Positions 11,349 through 23,114 of a DNA stretch of 64,000 bases are shown here, one piece after another. This DNA is from Podarcis erhardii. Taxonomy: Eukaryota. A program made the translations under genes and the position numbers. Positions within the stretch are counted from its first letter, which is position 1, and each line of letters starts with the position of its first letter. The notes beneath the pieces are model-generated. The model was not told where the DNA came from. It ran no database searches and saw nothing but the letters and a program-made list of their open reading frames with translations. Where the stretch lies: assembly GCA_964252035.1 (NCBI GenBank), contig OZ176202.1; one strand, written 5' to 3'.

Positions 11349-13469
11349 CTGTATATCATGAGCAGCAATAACCTTTGTAAACTTACGGTAACTCTCTGGA
11401 AGTGGGGAGAACCCAGCTCACAATCCTTTGCCTCTAGCCTCTGTTTCAAAGGTTGCTCGGTCTTTTAATTTATTTATTTTTCCTGATGCGTGCAACAGAG
11501 CTGGGCCAAATGCAGTTTGCCATACGAGCTGCATTTATCCAAATAACATTTGCATGAGCATGCGTAGCCAAAATCTATTAATTATTCACTTCATTTGCTT
11601 GGAAGATTTATCTGTCTAGGAGCTGGCCAGCAGTCTACAAACTTTTTTTTTTTTTAATCATATAAGCTAAAGTTGCTTTTACTGAGCAATGAACTCAAAT
11701 CACTCTACCCTTTCAATGCAACTATAAATTCACTCCCCTCTCCTCTGTCCCTCCCCCACCTGATTTTAAAGCGTCCTGAAGAATTTGCAGAGTAAATTAA
11801 CCATTTGGCATCCTGCCTGCAGTTTTGGTTGGCCGGGGGTTTTGCAGGGAGTGACTCGATAAACAAGAGTCAATGGATTCAAAGAGTAGCAAAGTAATTT
11901 AAATGATTAATCAAGTGCTAAAACTAGTTTAACCTCTCCCGTTTTACAAACTCTATATCACCCTTGCTAGAGGAACAAGACACCCGTCTGGAAATCTCAT
12001 CTGAAATATTAGATTGAGATTCAAAAATTCAGCCAAGCAGTGTGGCTTGTAGGGATATCCTGTCGGATAATAAATTGCATTAATCTTACTTAAATTTTCC
12101 ATCTAAATCATGTCTTGAGACTATATTACACAGGGGGAATGTGCCTCGCTTTTAAGGCATTGTGCTACTGAAATGGTTATTAAAAGAGGGGAGGTGAAAA
12201 AAACAGATAATGACTTTTCTTGTTTTTGCTCAGACTATTCCTGCCCCCCTTCCTAATATTAAGGAACTCACGTTAAATATTTTGGCACACTGTGAAGAAA
12301 GTCTGGTTTCTACTGCCAACACTTATGTTTTGTAACAGGAGATAAGAAACCAGCATACTCCGAACACTTGAGAAATTATTTTATATTTATTTATATTTGC
12401 ATTTTCCTTGGCAAGGAATCAGGTCCATGGACCAAAATAACTTCCATGCTTTCCCAGCCTCACCATGAAGTATTTCCCTTCTGGTGGCCAATCAAGCTAC
12501 ACAGAGTTATTCCAGCTATACAGAGTTAAAAAAGAAAAAAACAAACCAATATGGAATTGTTCCCTCAGGATTTTGTTAGGAACAACTGCAAATAGAGAAG
12601 AAGATTGTAGGAGCTGAAAAGTGCCGGCCATCTTCTCAGTGAGCATTAGCTGCTTACTCCATGAACTCAAGAGTGTTGAAATAACATGAAGAGTCTGATT
12701 AAGACCCAGGAACCTCGGGAGATTTGAACTGGAGTAGTCACTAATAGCAGCAGGGTGACGGGGATATAATTGCTAAACCAGGAGCCAAACAGAATTAGCA
12801 CACGACTTTCAATCTAATGAGCTACAATGCCAGGACTCCTCATTCACTCAAATAGTACATTTGTTAGCCCCTGCTATTATGATCTACAAAGCAGTTAGGC
12901 CAAAGTGCTTGGATTTAAAGCCAATTCACATAGACTTGGTGGGGGGAATATAGTGAAGTTACTACGAGTTGGCTTTTTTCAATAGATTTTTGGCATAGCA
13001 CACCAGCCTTTTGAATGCTCCAACAATATGTCGAGATTCATGGTTCACCACATCCTTGAAAACTTTTGAAAAAATGTGTTGCGCCAAGACCACCATCCTG
13101 AATCTGCCTCGTTTGAGGAAGCTTTACACAGTGAGGGATTGTTCCACAAATATGGACACTTCAATTTCAATTACACGCTGTTGTCCCCTGTCTTGAGCCA
13201 TTGATACAAAATCCACAAAAACGAACACATGGTATTTTTGTGCATTTGATTAGTGTGGTTCGTTTATTATGAATTGTTTAAAAGAGTTGGACCTTCTTTG
13301 AATATGAGGCTGCTGTGGTGTCAATTCCTCACGGGAAAAATGGAGAAGAAAAAGCGTCAGGACAGTGCTGGGAGTGAGAAACATGACGATTTATTATTGG
13401 GTAGTTAGTGTGATGCCCTCCAGATGTTGTTGGACTATAACTCCCATCATGCCATCCTGACCATCTGTC

Positions 13470-14260
13470 TAGAGCTGATTAATGTGTTTTTATGCATGGA
13501 GGTGATCCCCACTGGCTTGAAGGATGTGATGGTACAACCACTCCTACAATAACCTGGCCTGGATCCAATGGTTCTTAACAAGTACCACCCAGTTCCTAGT
13601 ACCCCCTTTGGGGAGGAAGGTGAGAGAGAGGATGGTGATGGTGGAACTGTGAGGACTCTTAGATGAGACTGATTTTCTCGAACCATTTCAATCTGGGTCC
13701 AGGCCTGGTGTGGGGAGAGAGAAAATAAAATTGTGAGTTGCCCGTTCTAGATGGAGTTGCACTCCTCTTGAAAGAACAGGTGTGTAGCTTGAGGGTTCAC
13801 CTTGATGATCCAGTGTTGTCATACACTGTTCTGCGGTTGCTGTCAGGGACAGCCTATCAACAATACGTGAAAACTCTGCTGAAAGCATTGTACTGGCTCC
13901 AGTTTCCTACTATAAAGCCTTCTATGGTTCTGGACTAGAGTATCTGAGAAACAGCCTCTCCTTCTGCCCCAAATATATCTGTGGATAAGGATCTGATGAT
14001 GGTGCCACACACCTTTGCAGTATAGCTTACAGTGAATCAAGCACATGCTTTTAGCATGGTAGCACTCATTCTCTGAAATTCTCTTCCATTAGAAATGAAG
14101 TAAGTCCCAACATTACTGTTTCTGACATTTCTGGAAAACTTTTCTCCTGGGCCTTTGCAAACTACCATCTATGTTATTTCTGCTGTTTTTAATTCTTGTT
14201 GGATTTTCCGTTTTAATACTGCTTTATGATCTGCATCGTGTTTTATAATCAACTTCTGCC
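13470..14260 (+). mobile_element. Old, internally deleted L2 LINE
   Basis: Degenerate ORF2 peptides LKDVMVQPLL..PGLDP..NKYHPV, DETDFLEPFQSG, LPVLDGVALLLKEQVCSLRVHLD and LKALYWLQF, collinear with L2 ORF2; many stops and gaps. Confidence 0.7.
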
Positions 14261-14830
14261 TGGGTATTCTCTGAATGCAAAGCAGTTTACACACTCTGAA
14301 ACTAACTAAATAAATAGGACTCAGTGGGGCTTATTTCCAGGTAAGTGGCCTTAGGACTGCAGCTATCTGCTATCTTTGAGATTGGGGTGAGATCACTTAT
14401 TCTTTCACTGGAATATTGGATTATAAGGATATGGCAATTAACCCACATGGGTAAGTTGGCAAATATTGCAAGGGTGAGAAAGGCCAAACAACAGAGAATG
14501 CATTCACTGAAAAATAGTCATTTCATAATGAACTGGGGCAATAAGGCACAAGAAAATGTTCATCCATATATTCCACTGGAAACAATTTAGCAATTCAAAC
14601 ACTAATTCTCTCTTCCTATTGGCTTCATTATGTATTTTTATATTTCTTTCCTTCCTCCCCCCCCCTTTTTCTTTGGGTGTGTGTGTGTGTGTGTGTATTA
14701 TCCTTGCATTTTATATTATTATAACTATAAATAATAATGATTGTTTTAAAAAAAAGAATGGTGACCTAAGTTATGTTCATTGATTTCAATTAATTTCTGT
14801 TTGATTCAACCCTAAAACTGCAAGATATTA

Positions 14831-15128
14831 GGTAAAAAAGGTAAAGGTCTTGGACGATCAAGTCCAGTCAAAGGTGACTTTTCTGGGTCATGTGGCCAGC
14901 ATGACTAAACCGCTACTGGTGCACGGAGGACCATGACAAGTGCCAGAGCACATGAAAACACCATTTACCTTCCCACCACAGCGGTACCTATTTATCTACT
15001 TGCACAGGTGTGCTTTCAGACTGCTAGGTTGGCAGAAGCTGGGACAGAGCAACGGGAGCTCACCCGCTGACCTTCCTATCAACAAGCCCAAGAGGCTCAG
15101 TGATTTAGACCACAGTGCCACCCGCGTG
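14831..15128 (+). mobile_element. Sauria SINE, internally deleted
   Basis: GGTAAA..GGTAAAGG head, CTGGGTCATGTGGCCAGCATGACT core, TACCTATTTATCTACTTGCAC and ACCACAGTGCCACCCGCG end. Confidence 0.85.
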
Positions 15129-16265
15129 ACCTTACCTTTACCTGCAAAAGATTACAATGGGTGCAAGAAAAGTATGTGTATTGGCAGAATACCTGTTCTT
15201 GCAATGATAGTTTGTATAACTGATCTGAAGAAAATGAAGATGTGTCAAAATCTCCAACAATAATATGCCAAATTAATAGGCAAATTAACATTTTTAATGT
15301 GTTTGTAACAAAATGAATACTTTAAATAAAATAATCTAGTCTGAAGATTTACTCCAAGGACACATGTGAAAATTGTTTAAGGCAGACGCCCTCAGTTTCC
15401 TATTCCTTTTCTGTCCTTTGCTTCCTGTTACTCCTGATCTATCCTAAGAAGCATAAAGAGCATATATTACTATGAATTAGCACATCATGGTTTGAATTTG
15501 CACTGCTAGCATGTTAGCCATCGCTCGCGCTGCCAGCTGGGGAAATTGAGAGAGAGAAAATAAACATAGCACCTCATGATATCATTTTACAGAGTTACTT
15601 TTCTGAGCATAGTAACCACACGTTTAAAAATTAATTGCAAATAAAAAGCCATTTGCTTTTTTATTGCAAAAGCTAACTCGTTTTGATGGTACACCATTCC
15701 TTCCATTCATTTCTTTGACTAGAGGGGGGTTTCAAAAGGATTTCATGGTGTAGTAATAGGTGACCCATCATCAGTGCAGGACAGAAGCGTTGTTAGGGGG
15801 TGGTGCAGAGGTACTGAGCCCTGGGTCTTTGGGGCCAGGACTGTGATCTCTTGCCCCTTCCTTACTTTTTAAAACAGAAAAACAACAACAAATATTTGTG
15901 TACAGGGTGACTGTGTGTGCTACAAATCCTAGCTGCCCATTGACATTGGAGAGAAAGGAGAGTAAAAGGAACGTGCTTGACATTGCTGGGGAAATCGAAG
16001 GCACAAAAATTATCAGTGGCGTTCTGAAACCAGTGGTTAAAATCAGTACCATTTTGAAAAGTTAGGTCTGCCATCTTGATTCAAAATGGCATCCAACTGT
16101 ATCCAGACACGGACAAAACCCTGCTCCTTGAGCTCAGGAACCGTCATGGAAAATTTGGTTACAATAAAAGTTGTCCAAATGTATAAAGAAGAGGCAAAAA
16201 GACTAACAACTGTCCAAAATATATTGTAGCAACTAATTGGGTTTGTCTGCTTAGATTCAGTCTAC

Positions 16266-16823
16266 TGTTATGACTTTCGGGCAATCAACCTGGATGGTAT
16301 CCTTGGATTTAGGCCTGTGATCCCAGAGCCAGTGAGGTTTAGGATCTAGTAGGAAAGCCCGCTGAAGCAGGCAGACAAGCATTTTCATAAGATAACGCTG
16401 TATCTGGCCAGTTAAGTACTCACATCAGCATCTAAAAGATGTTGCTCTGTAACCATAGAGATAAATGGGTGGGCCTTTTCCCATCTCACCTGGCTGGATG
16501 CCACATCATCTTAGGATGAAGAACAATAGGTCTAGGAGGGCTGGGCATGAGAGAGTTGTAAACTGGGTCGATGCTGGAAGTTGGGGACACAAAGAAATGT
16601 TTGCTACGTGCTGGACTTGGCTCTCCCCTGGAAACCTGATGGGAAAGGGGTTGGAAGATAATATTGTGAGTGCCTCCATCCTATGCTCAGGCTGTATATA
16701 TGTGTAAATAAAACCATACATTTAAAGACATCACAGTCTCCACTATCCTGAATTCCAAGGACAATGAACCTAGGGTAATTGCAGGAGGCCCCCTCACCGA
16801 TCAGATTGGGGCAGTGGATATCA
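16266..16823 (+). mobile_element. Probable solo LTR
   Basis: TG...CA termini (TGTTATG...GATATCA), AATAAA at about 16707, homology to 10494-10655; no TSD recognised. Confidence 0.5.
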
Positions 16824-17676
16824 TGAAAATGCTATATTTGACAAGGCCCACATAACAACTTTCAGCCGAATCTCATGCATGTATCCTCAAGAGGTAAGCA
16901 CTGCTTAGTTCAATCGGGCTTACTTCCACATAATGGGGCAGAACTGCAGCCTCAGCGTGGCACCCAGTTTCAGGGGAAGTCTCGCCTTTTCTGGAGGTGG
17001 TCTGATATCATAACCGTCAGTAGGTGGTAATGCTTGCTGATGGGATAAGAGCCTCTTGCCAAAATTCTAGGCGAGAGGGGGAAAGTGAACCCAGATCCCT
17101 AGACTTCTTCTTTAACTATATTGGACAACCTTGCTATTCCTGGATCTGACTCAAGCTGCGTAATAGGAGGATCGGGCTACATCCCACTGCCTTCATTAAG
17201 TCTGAGTCAGATTCAAACACTCTCGATGCATAAATACTCAATGGCATTTACACAGTATATTATGGGACTTTATATCTCCTAAGCACATCAGGCTGATGTG
17301 TTACTTTATTTGGGGGAAGGTTAGTTTCATGCTGGATATATATCATTTTAGTGATATTAACTCTGACACTTGCTAAGGAATTTGACTAATAAATAAGAAC
17401 ATAGTCTCCTCTGGTATGAGCTGATAACATTTGTGTGTGTGTATTCCCTTCAAACCCTCATCAATCTGCTTGGGAAATAGGAGTGCCTAACTGGCACCCA
17501 GCACTAAAGATAGGCATTGTTGTTATGGCACACAGAGTGACTTGCACCAGCAAGGCAAATTCTGCTGAGACCACAAGAATTCCTTGCAGGGTCAAGCCAT
17601 GGGCTTCTCCAGCCCTGCAGTCTCTTTCTCTCCCCCCAGCAGCGGCCAGTCTGGTTCTCCTTGGGAAACTTACAAG

Positions 17677-18329
17677 TAGGAATGGGCAAATCTGTCAGAT
17701 TCAGTTTCCTAGTCTTTAATTCAGTTCTCCACATTTCTGCATCAGTTTACAATTTTTATAAAAAAAATAAATCATGAAATTTTCCAGGATTTTAATGCAA
17801 ATTCCTCTACAGTACATATTGTTGCACATAATTCTGACTGGTATGCACATTTTTTTGCAAGCGATTTCTCCAAATATAAATGCATTTCTATATATCATTT
17901 TTCACTAATATAAAGCATTTTTATGCACACCTCTCCCTCTTATGTTCATTTTTGTACACGTTATTTGGCTGGAGAACTGCATCACAGATTTTGGAGGTGT
18001 ACAGTGGTACCTTGGGTTACATACGCTTCAGGTTACAGACTCCACTAACCCAGAAATAGTACCTCAGGTTAAGAAATTTGCTTCAGGATGAGAACAGAAA
18101 TCGTGCTCCAGCGGCGCGGTGGCAGCAGGAGGCCCCATTAGCTAAAGTGGTGCTTCAGGTTAAGAACAGTTTCAGGTTAAGGACAGACCTCCGGAACAAA
18201 TTAAGTACTTAACCTGAGGTACTACTGTATTTTGAAGGATGGCTGCATTCTGGTACACATATTGTTTCAAAAAATGCAGATTAGGTAGGTTTGCATTAAA
18301 ACTGAAACAAATTCCCTCTGCTTTCCCTC
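17677..18329 (-). mobile_element. hAT-Ac-like MITE (TAGGGATGG-type TIR) hosting a Tigger-like MITE
   Basis: Perfect 8-bp TSD CTTACAAG at 17669-17676 and 18330-18337; body shared with 47590-48171, 54935-55649 and 22945-23114. Confidence 0.8.
18002..18227. mobile_element. Tc1/mariner Tigger-like MITE
   Basis: TA TSD (18000-01, 18228-29); TIRs CAGTGGTACCT / AGGTACTACTG; same family at 24952-25193 and 44412-44580. Confidence 0.9.
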
Positions 18330-18355
18330 CTTACAAGCAGACTAAGATCAAGATA

Positions 18356-18524
18356 CCATATTTTTTGCACCATAACACTCACTTTTTCCCTCCTAAAAAG
18401 TAAGGGGAAATGTCTGTGCGTGTTATGGAGGGAATGCCTACGGGTGGCATGCCTACGGATTTTCCTCCTCTAAAAACTACGTGCCTGTTATGGTCGGGTG
18501 CGTGTTATAGAGCGAAAAGTACGG
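18356..18524. mobile_element. Tc2-like (TcMar) MITE
   Basis: TA TSD; TIRs CCATATTTTTTGCACCATAACAC / GTGTTATAGAGCGAAAAGTACGG, of the CCGTA type seen in Tc2/Kanga/MER104 elements; 37 nt identical to 50136-50172. Confidence 0.8.
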
Positions 18525-20339
18525 TATATTTCCTCTCTACGGTGATGTAGCAGAGCAGGGACGAACCGCTTATTTCACAGCAGGGAACAATGATGTCATT
18601 TCCTGGTGTGCTATTTGCCAGTCTTTCACATACCAAATAAAGAAGCTTTTCTCAGTACGACACCCACCAAATAAACTAAGCAGAGGGAAAGGTAGGTTAC
18701 ATTAGCATAGCTGGCTGAGTGTTAAACCACCAATTTTATCTTCACAGATTCCAAGACCCCTTTATTACCCACCAGCTAAAAATGTCACAAAATAATGAGG
18801 AAATTTTTGAGTGCACCAGAACTCTTTGTCAGGCTGTAAATTAGGGAAAACAGAGGGATCAGGGGGGAAAATCTGGCTTGGTGTTGAAACCATATTGTCT
18901 GCACTGGTCAAAGGCCCATTTTTGTAAAGCCTTACAAGAAGCATGACTATGAAGGGCAGCTATTGGGTTTGTTGTGAAGGGCACCTGCAATTGAGAATTC
19001 AGCACTGCTCCAGTTCCTCTATGTTCCCCGCCAACATCTGGTTATAAAATATATAGTACCTCCAGATTTGAACATTCCATCCTTAGTCCACCTTCACACA
19101 AACAAAGGGTATAGAAGTTGCTTGAAACTGCATCAGTGGGCTGGCTGTTTGATGCACCAAGCAGCTCATATGAGTAGTTGGTACTTAGCTTTTAATTTTA
19201 TCAAACTTTAATTTCATTGATTCAAACATATGTGCTAGATTTTTGCTTGATTTCCAATTCTTTCCCTTCCCTGCCTTAGGCCCCATTACCACAACAATCT
19301 TTTTTGGAAATGGACTCGGCCCAATCGTCTGCTGGAATCTCTTGTTTACATTCAACACTAATTTTAAAGACTCCACAAAGGCAGTGGAATGGATTTTTTC
19401 TTCCAAGCCGTGATTTCTGGATACGGCTAAGAGAAGTAGAAAAATCACATGGCAGTATGAAGCTTATGGATGAAATGTCATAATAACCCTGTTTTCAGAT
19501 TTGCTTTTGATAGTCAATAGTAAAACAGTGTGGGATGTAGGCTGGGAGTGGGGGTGAGCAGATCCACTTACAATCATATATAGTCTTCATTTCCTGAAAC
19601 ACATTTTCATCTTTACTAGCCTGACTGAATTAAAGTGTGTAGTTTATGTGTGTAGTTAATAGATTCAGCTTAAGAAAAGAGGGAAGTCCCAAGGCCATTT
19701 GGTAAGGGTAAGTCACAAGGAAATCTACCTCACCAGAAAACACGCTATGATAACTTTTAAGCCCCCTCACCCCACCTTAGTTGGCACTTAAAATGTTGGC
19801 CCTTTTCAACCGTCTGACCATTTCCATGTGGTTTGGAAACCTCCTTGCCAAGCCCAACAAGACTTTGAGAGGATCGTAGATGAGTTCACATATTTTGGCT
19901 GCCCCGACTTATTAAACAGTCTCCTTATAGGATGTTTTTGTTTTTCAACCTATATCCCCAAAAATCTGATTTTCTTGGACAGGGAAATTAAGTACGGGTG
20001 GGCTTGGTAATTCTTCAACTCTGGAAATCTTTTTTTTTCTCCCTGGGCTGTGTTCTTCAGCAGCAAGAACTCGGAAAACACTGATCAATCTTCTTCTGAT
20101 ATGTGTCTATTCTGCATGTGTTCAGTCATAGTTTTTTCTGTTGCATTTCCATATTATCATCTGCAATAAAAAAAAATCCACATGAAAATTCGTATGTAAA
20201 TGAATGTCCAGAATGTTGTTGGGCAACGGCTTGTTTGGCACCATGGGAGGTATTCTGTGTCATCCCATAGGATTCAGTCTTGTTTGCCATGCCATTTAGC
20301 ATCTATTTGAAGCTGCTAGGAGCTGTCTTCAGGAGATTT

Positions 20340-20500
20340 GGAGTGGAGTGCAACCAAAATGACACTCAACTCTCTCTGTCTCTCTTATCCACCTGAATCA
20401 GCGAAGGCAGTTGAGATGTTAGACCAGTGCTTGGAGGCAGTGATATGGACCAGTAAATTGAAACTGAATCCTGAAAAGACAGAGGCATTAAATGTTTTGA
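20340..20500 (+). mobile_element. L2 ORF2 internal fragment
   Basis: Peptides DTQL...AVEMLDQCLEAV and SKLKLNPEKTE match the post-YADD region of L2 RT. Confidence 0.65.
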
Positions 20501-20918
20501 GTTATTGAGCCCAGAATGTGGAGAGACTGTCTAACGTTCACTAACTGTTTCGTGGCATCAGAATTTGAAAAGCCGTATAAGCAATGAACTACTAAAAACA
20601 GCTCATATTACCAAATATATGATAAAACTAAAGAATCCACAAATAAATCATAATAAGATCTGACAATAAAATCACAATAACATAATCCAGATCAACACCA
20701 AAAAATAATGCATCTCTAAAACAAGATGCTGACCCCAGCAACAACTGCTAAACAATACCCAGCTCTGTTGGTTTCTAGGTATTTTGAGCAGCGGAAGCCA
20801 TCTTGGTAGCTGGAAAGAGCCATAGCTCCACCCACCTAGAGCAGGTGGAAGCAGGCCAGCCCAGCAGGCAGCAGGTCTTGCAAGAAATACAGGTTTCTTA
20901 CTCTTACAAAATTGGTTA

Positions 20919-21267
20919 GGTAAAGGGACCCCTGACCATTAGGTCCAGTCACGGACGACTCTGGGGTTGCGGTGCTCATCTCGCTTTATTGGCCAAGGGA
21001 GCCAAGGGAGTACAGCTTCTGGGTCATGTGGCCAGCATGACTAAGCTGCTTCTGGCAAACCAGAGCAGCACACAGAAACACCGTTTACCTTCCCGCCAGA
21101 GCAGTACCTATTTATCTACTTGCAGTTTGTGCTTTCGAACTGCTAGGTTGGCAGGAGCAGGGACCGAGCAACAGGAGCTCACCCCGTGGCGGGGTTCAAA
21201 CCACTGACCTTCTGATCAGCAAGCCCTAGGCTATGTAGTTTAACCCACAGCGCCACCCACGTCCCTT
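20919..21267 (+). mobile_element. Sauria SINE, full length
   Basis: Complete head-to-tail match with 61977-62324; degenerate 12-bp TSD CAAAATTGGTTA / CAAAATTTGTAA. Confidence 0.9.
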
Positions 21268-21750
21268 CAAAATTTGTAAATGTTGCATTTATCATATAAC
21301 ATTTATTAATTTAAAATACCTCTTAACTGCGCTTTCTCCAAAGATTCAGGGTGGGTATACAAAAGTGTGCATCAACTAATTTCATGTGAAAACATGGGTG
21401 CAACTGTAATCACACAGAGAGCCGTGACAAGATGCAAGAGGTTTCCTTTGTAATCCCTTATTTCCCTGCACGAGCACATAGTGAAGGTTGCAACTGAACA
21501 CCGCAGACATCTGAGTCCCATCCACCTCTGCATGCTACAGAGGAAGAAAGTCTCCCCAGATTTTAAATTTTACTTTCAGAAGTCAAAGAAAGAGTGGTCT
21601 TTGTCTTGAATATCATCTGGGGAACCACTTTCACTTCCCTTGACTCATCTTTCTCCAGCCCTGAGCAAGAGATACAATCTCTCCACTTGACCTTCAGAAT
21701 GCACAGGTGCAGCACACATGTCACCTGCATTGGAAGAGGCCGATCCGCCT

Positions 21751-21779
<29 letters not shown>
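21751..21779. repeat. (CTG)9 trinucleotide repeat
   Basis: Perfect run read directly. Confidence 0.95.
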
Positions 21780-21781
<2 letters not shown>

Positions 21782-22944
21782 CACTCTGCCTGGGGTCACT
21801 GTGATGACCTCTTTCAAAAGGGCACCTGAAGGTGCAATAGTCACCTTTCCCCCTGTAATGAAGCATCAAGAGAAATGCACACGCAGCCCCCAACATGCTC
21901 TCACCATCCAATTAACTGGTGGAGAAGTACATTCTCTCTCCATCTCCCCAAAGGATCTGTAAAAGCAAATGCATTGCAGGTGTTTCCTGGGAGACGTGCT
22001 TTGGTTGTTTTTTTGCACCTGTCAAATTTCAGACTATAAAAATCATGGCCAAAATGTGGCAAATTTGCCCAGGGATAGCCCAGGGATAGCCAAGCTGGTG
22101 TCCTGTAGATGTCGCTGGACTCACACAGTTTCCTCTCCTTTCCCACAGTTCTGGCAAGAATGGCCAATGCTTCAGGATGATGGGAATTGTGGTCCACACA
22201 ACATCTGGAAGGCGCCATCTTGGCTACCCCTGGTTTATATTCTGTGTAATTTGTTCTCCTTTCCTTTCCCCTTTTTCCCCTTTCTGAAAAATTCTCTGTA
22301 AAGTATTTCCACTTCACTGCAGACTACTGCGGAGGTGGGAGCCAGGAGGCTTCCCTGTGCTCTTAACTGTAGCCTCACAATGTTCCCTTTTTCCTCCTTA
22401 CACTGAGTTCTTTTTAGAATCTTTCCATTCCCCAGATCCAATGGGAAGATCCCCCCTCCCTCCTCAGTGTAGACTCATTTAGATCTTTTTGCACTGCAGC
22501 AGTTCCAGGAATGTAGCCGTGGGAGAGCAGAAGAAACCCCAGAAGAAGGCTGAAGTTCAATTTTAAACTAAAATGGTGATTTATGAGGAACAGCTGAACT
22601 GACTATGTGAGATTTCATTTAAGATGATCTGGAGGCCACCGCCTACCAAGGACATATCTGTGCCACGAAATGAGTGTACGTTACAGCACAGCCATGAGCT
22701 TCACAGCACAAGCACAGACATGTCCACTGTCAAGTGCATCCTATTGAGTTCAGTGGGGCATACCCCCAGGGAAGAGGGTGGAGGGATAGTGAGGGTGGGA
22801 TAGTGAGAGATGCCATTTTTGGTCCTGGTCCTGCACCTCTTAAGTCTGGTCCAGAGGGTTGGAAAACCATCCAAAGCAAATTTGGAGAGGCAACAGGAGG
22901 AAGGGAACAACACTAACAATTGCCTCCTTCCCTGATGCAGGCAT

Positions 22945-22968
22945 TGATGAATTTTCATTGGAACTTCC

Positions 22969-23020
<52 letters not shown>

Positions 23021-23114
23021 AATCAAACTGATGTGGAAATACAGAGAACAGAATTTCAGATTGGAAGAACGAGAAACAGAGAGAAACTGAAACTGACCAA
23101 TTCATCCATCCCTA
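22945..23114 (+). mobile_element. 3' part of a hAT-Ac-like MITE with an internal (GAAA)13 array
   Basis: GAATTTTCAT...ACTT upstream and GAGAAACTGAAACTGAC...CCATCCCTA terminus as in 54935-55649; (GAAA)13 at 22971-23022. Confidence 0.7.

Noticed and set aside
14320-14365. CAG|GTAAGT donor; similar at 16890
   Set aside because: Part of a recurrent palindromic repeat (GGGCTTA...CCAGGTAAG), not a host exon.
18105-18130. CTCF-like motif in the Tigger MITE (CGGCGCGGTGGCAG)
   Set aside because: It fits the old CCGCGNGGNGGCAG string but lacks the key CC..(C/T)AG positions of the modern matrix, and it is not preserved in the 24952 copy.
20580-20900. Possible LINE 5' UTR (minus strand, CAAGATGGC)
   Set aside because: Compositional impression only; no adjoining ORF to support a family call.
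21563-21962. Overlapping 88-122 aa ORFs with poly-Ala or poly-Ser
   Set aside because: Produced by the (CTG)9 run; no splice structure or recognisable domain.
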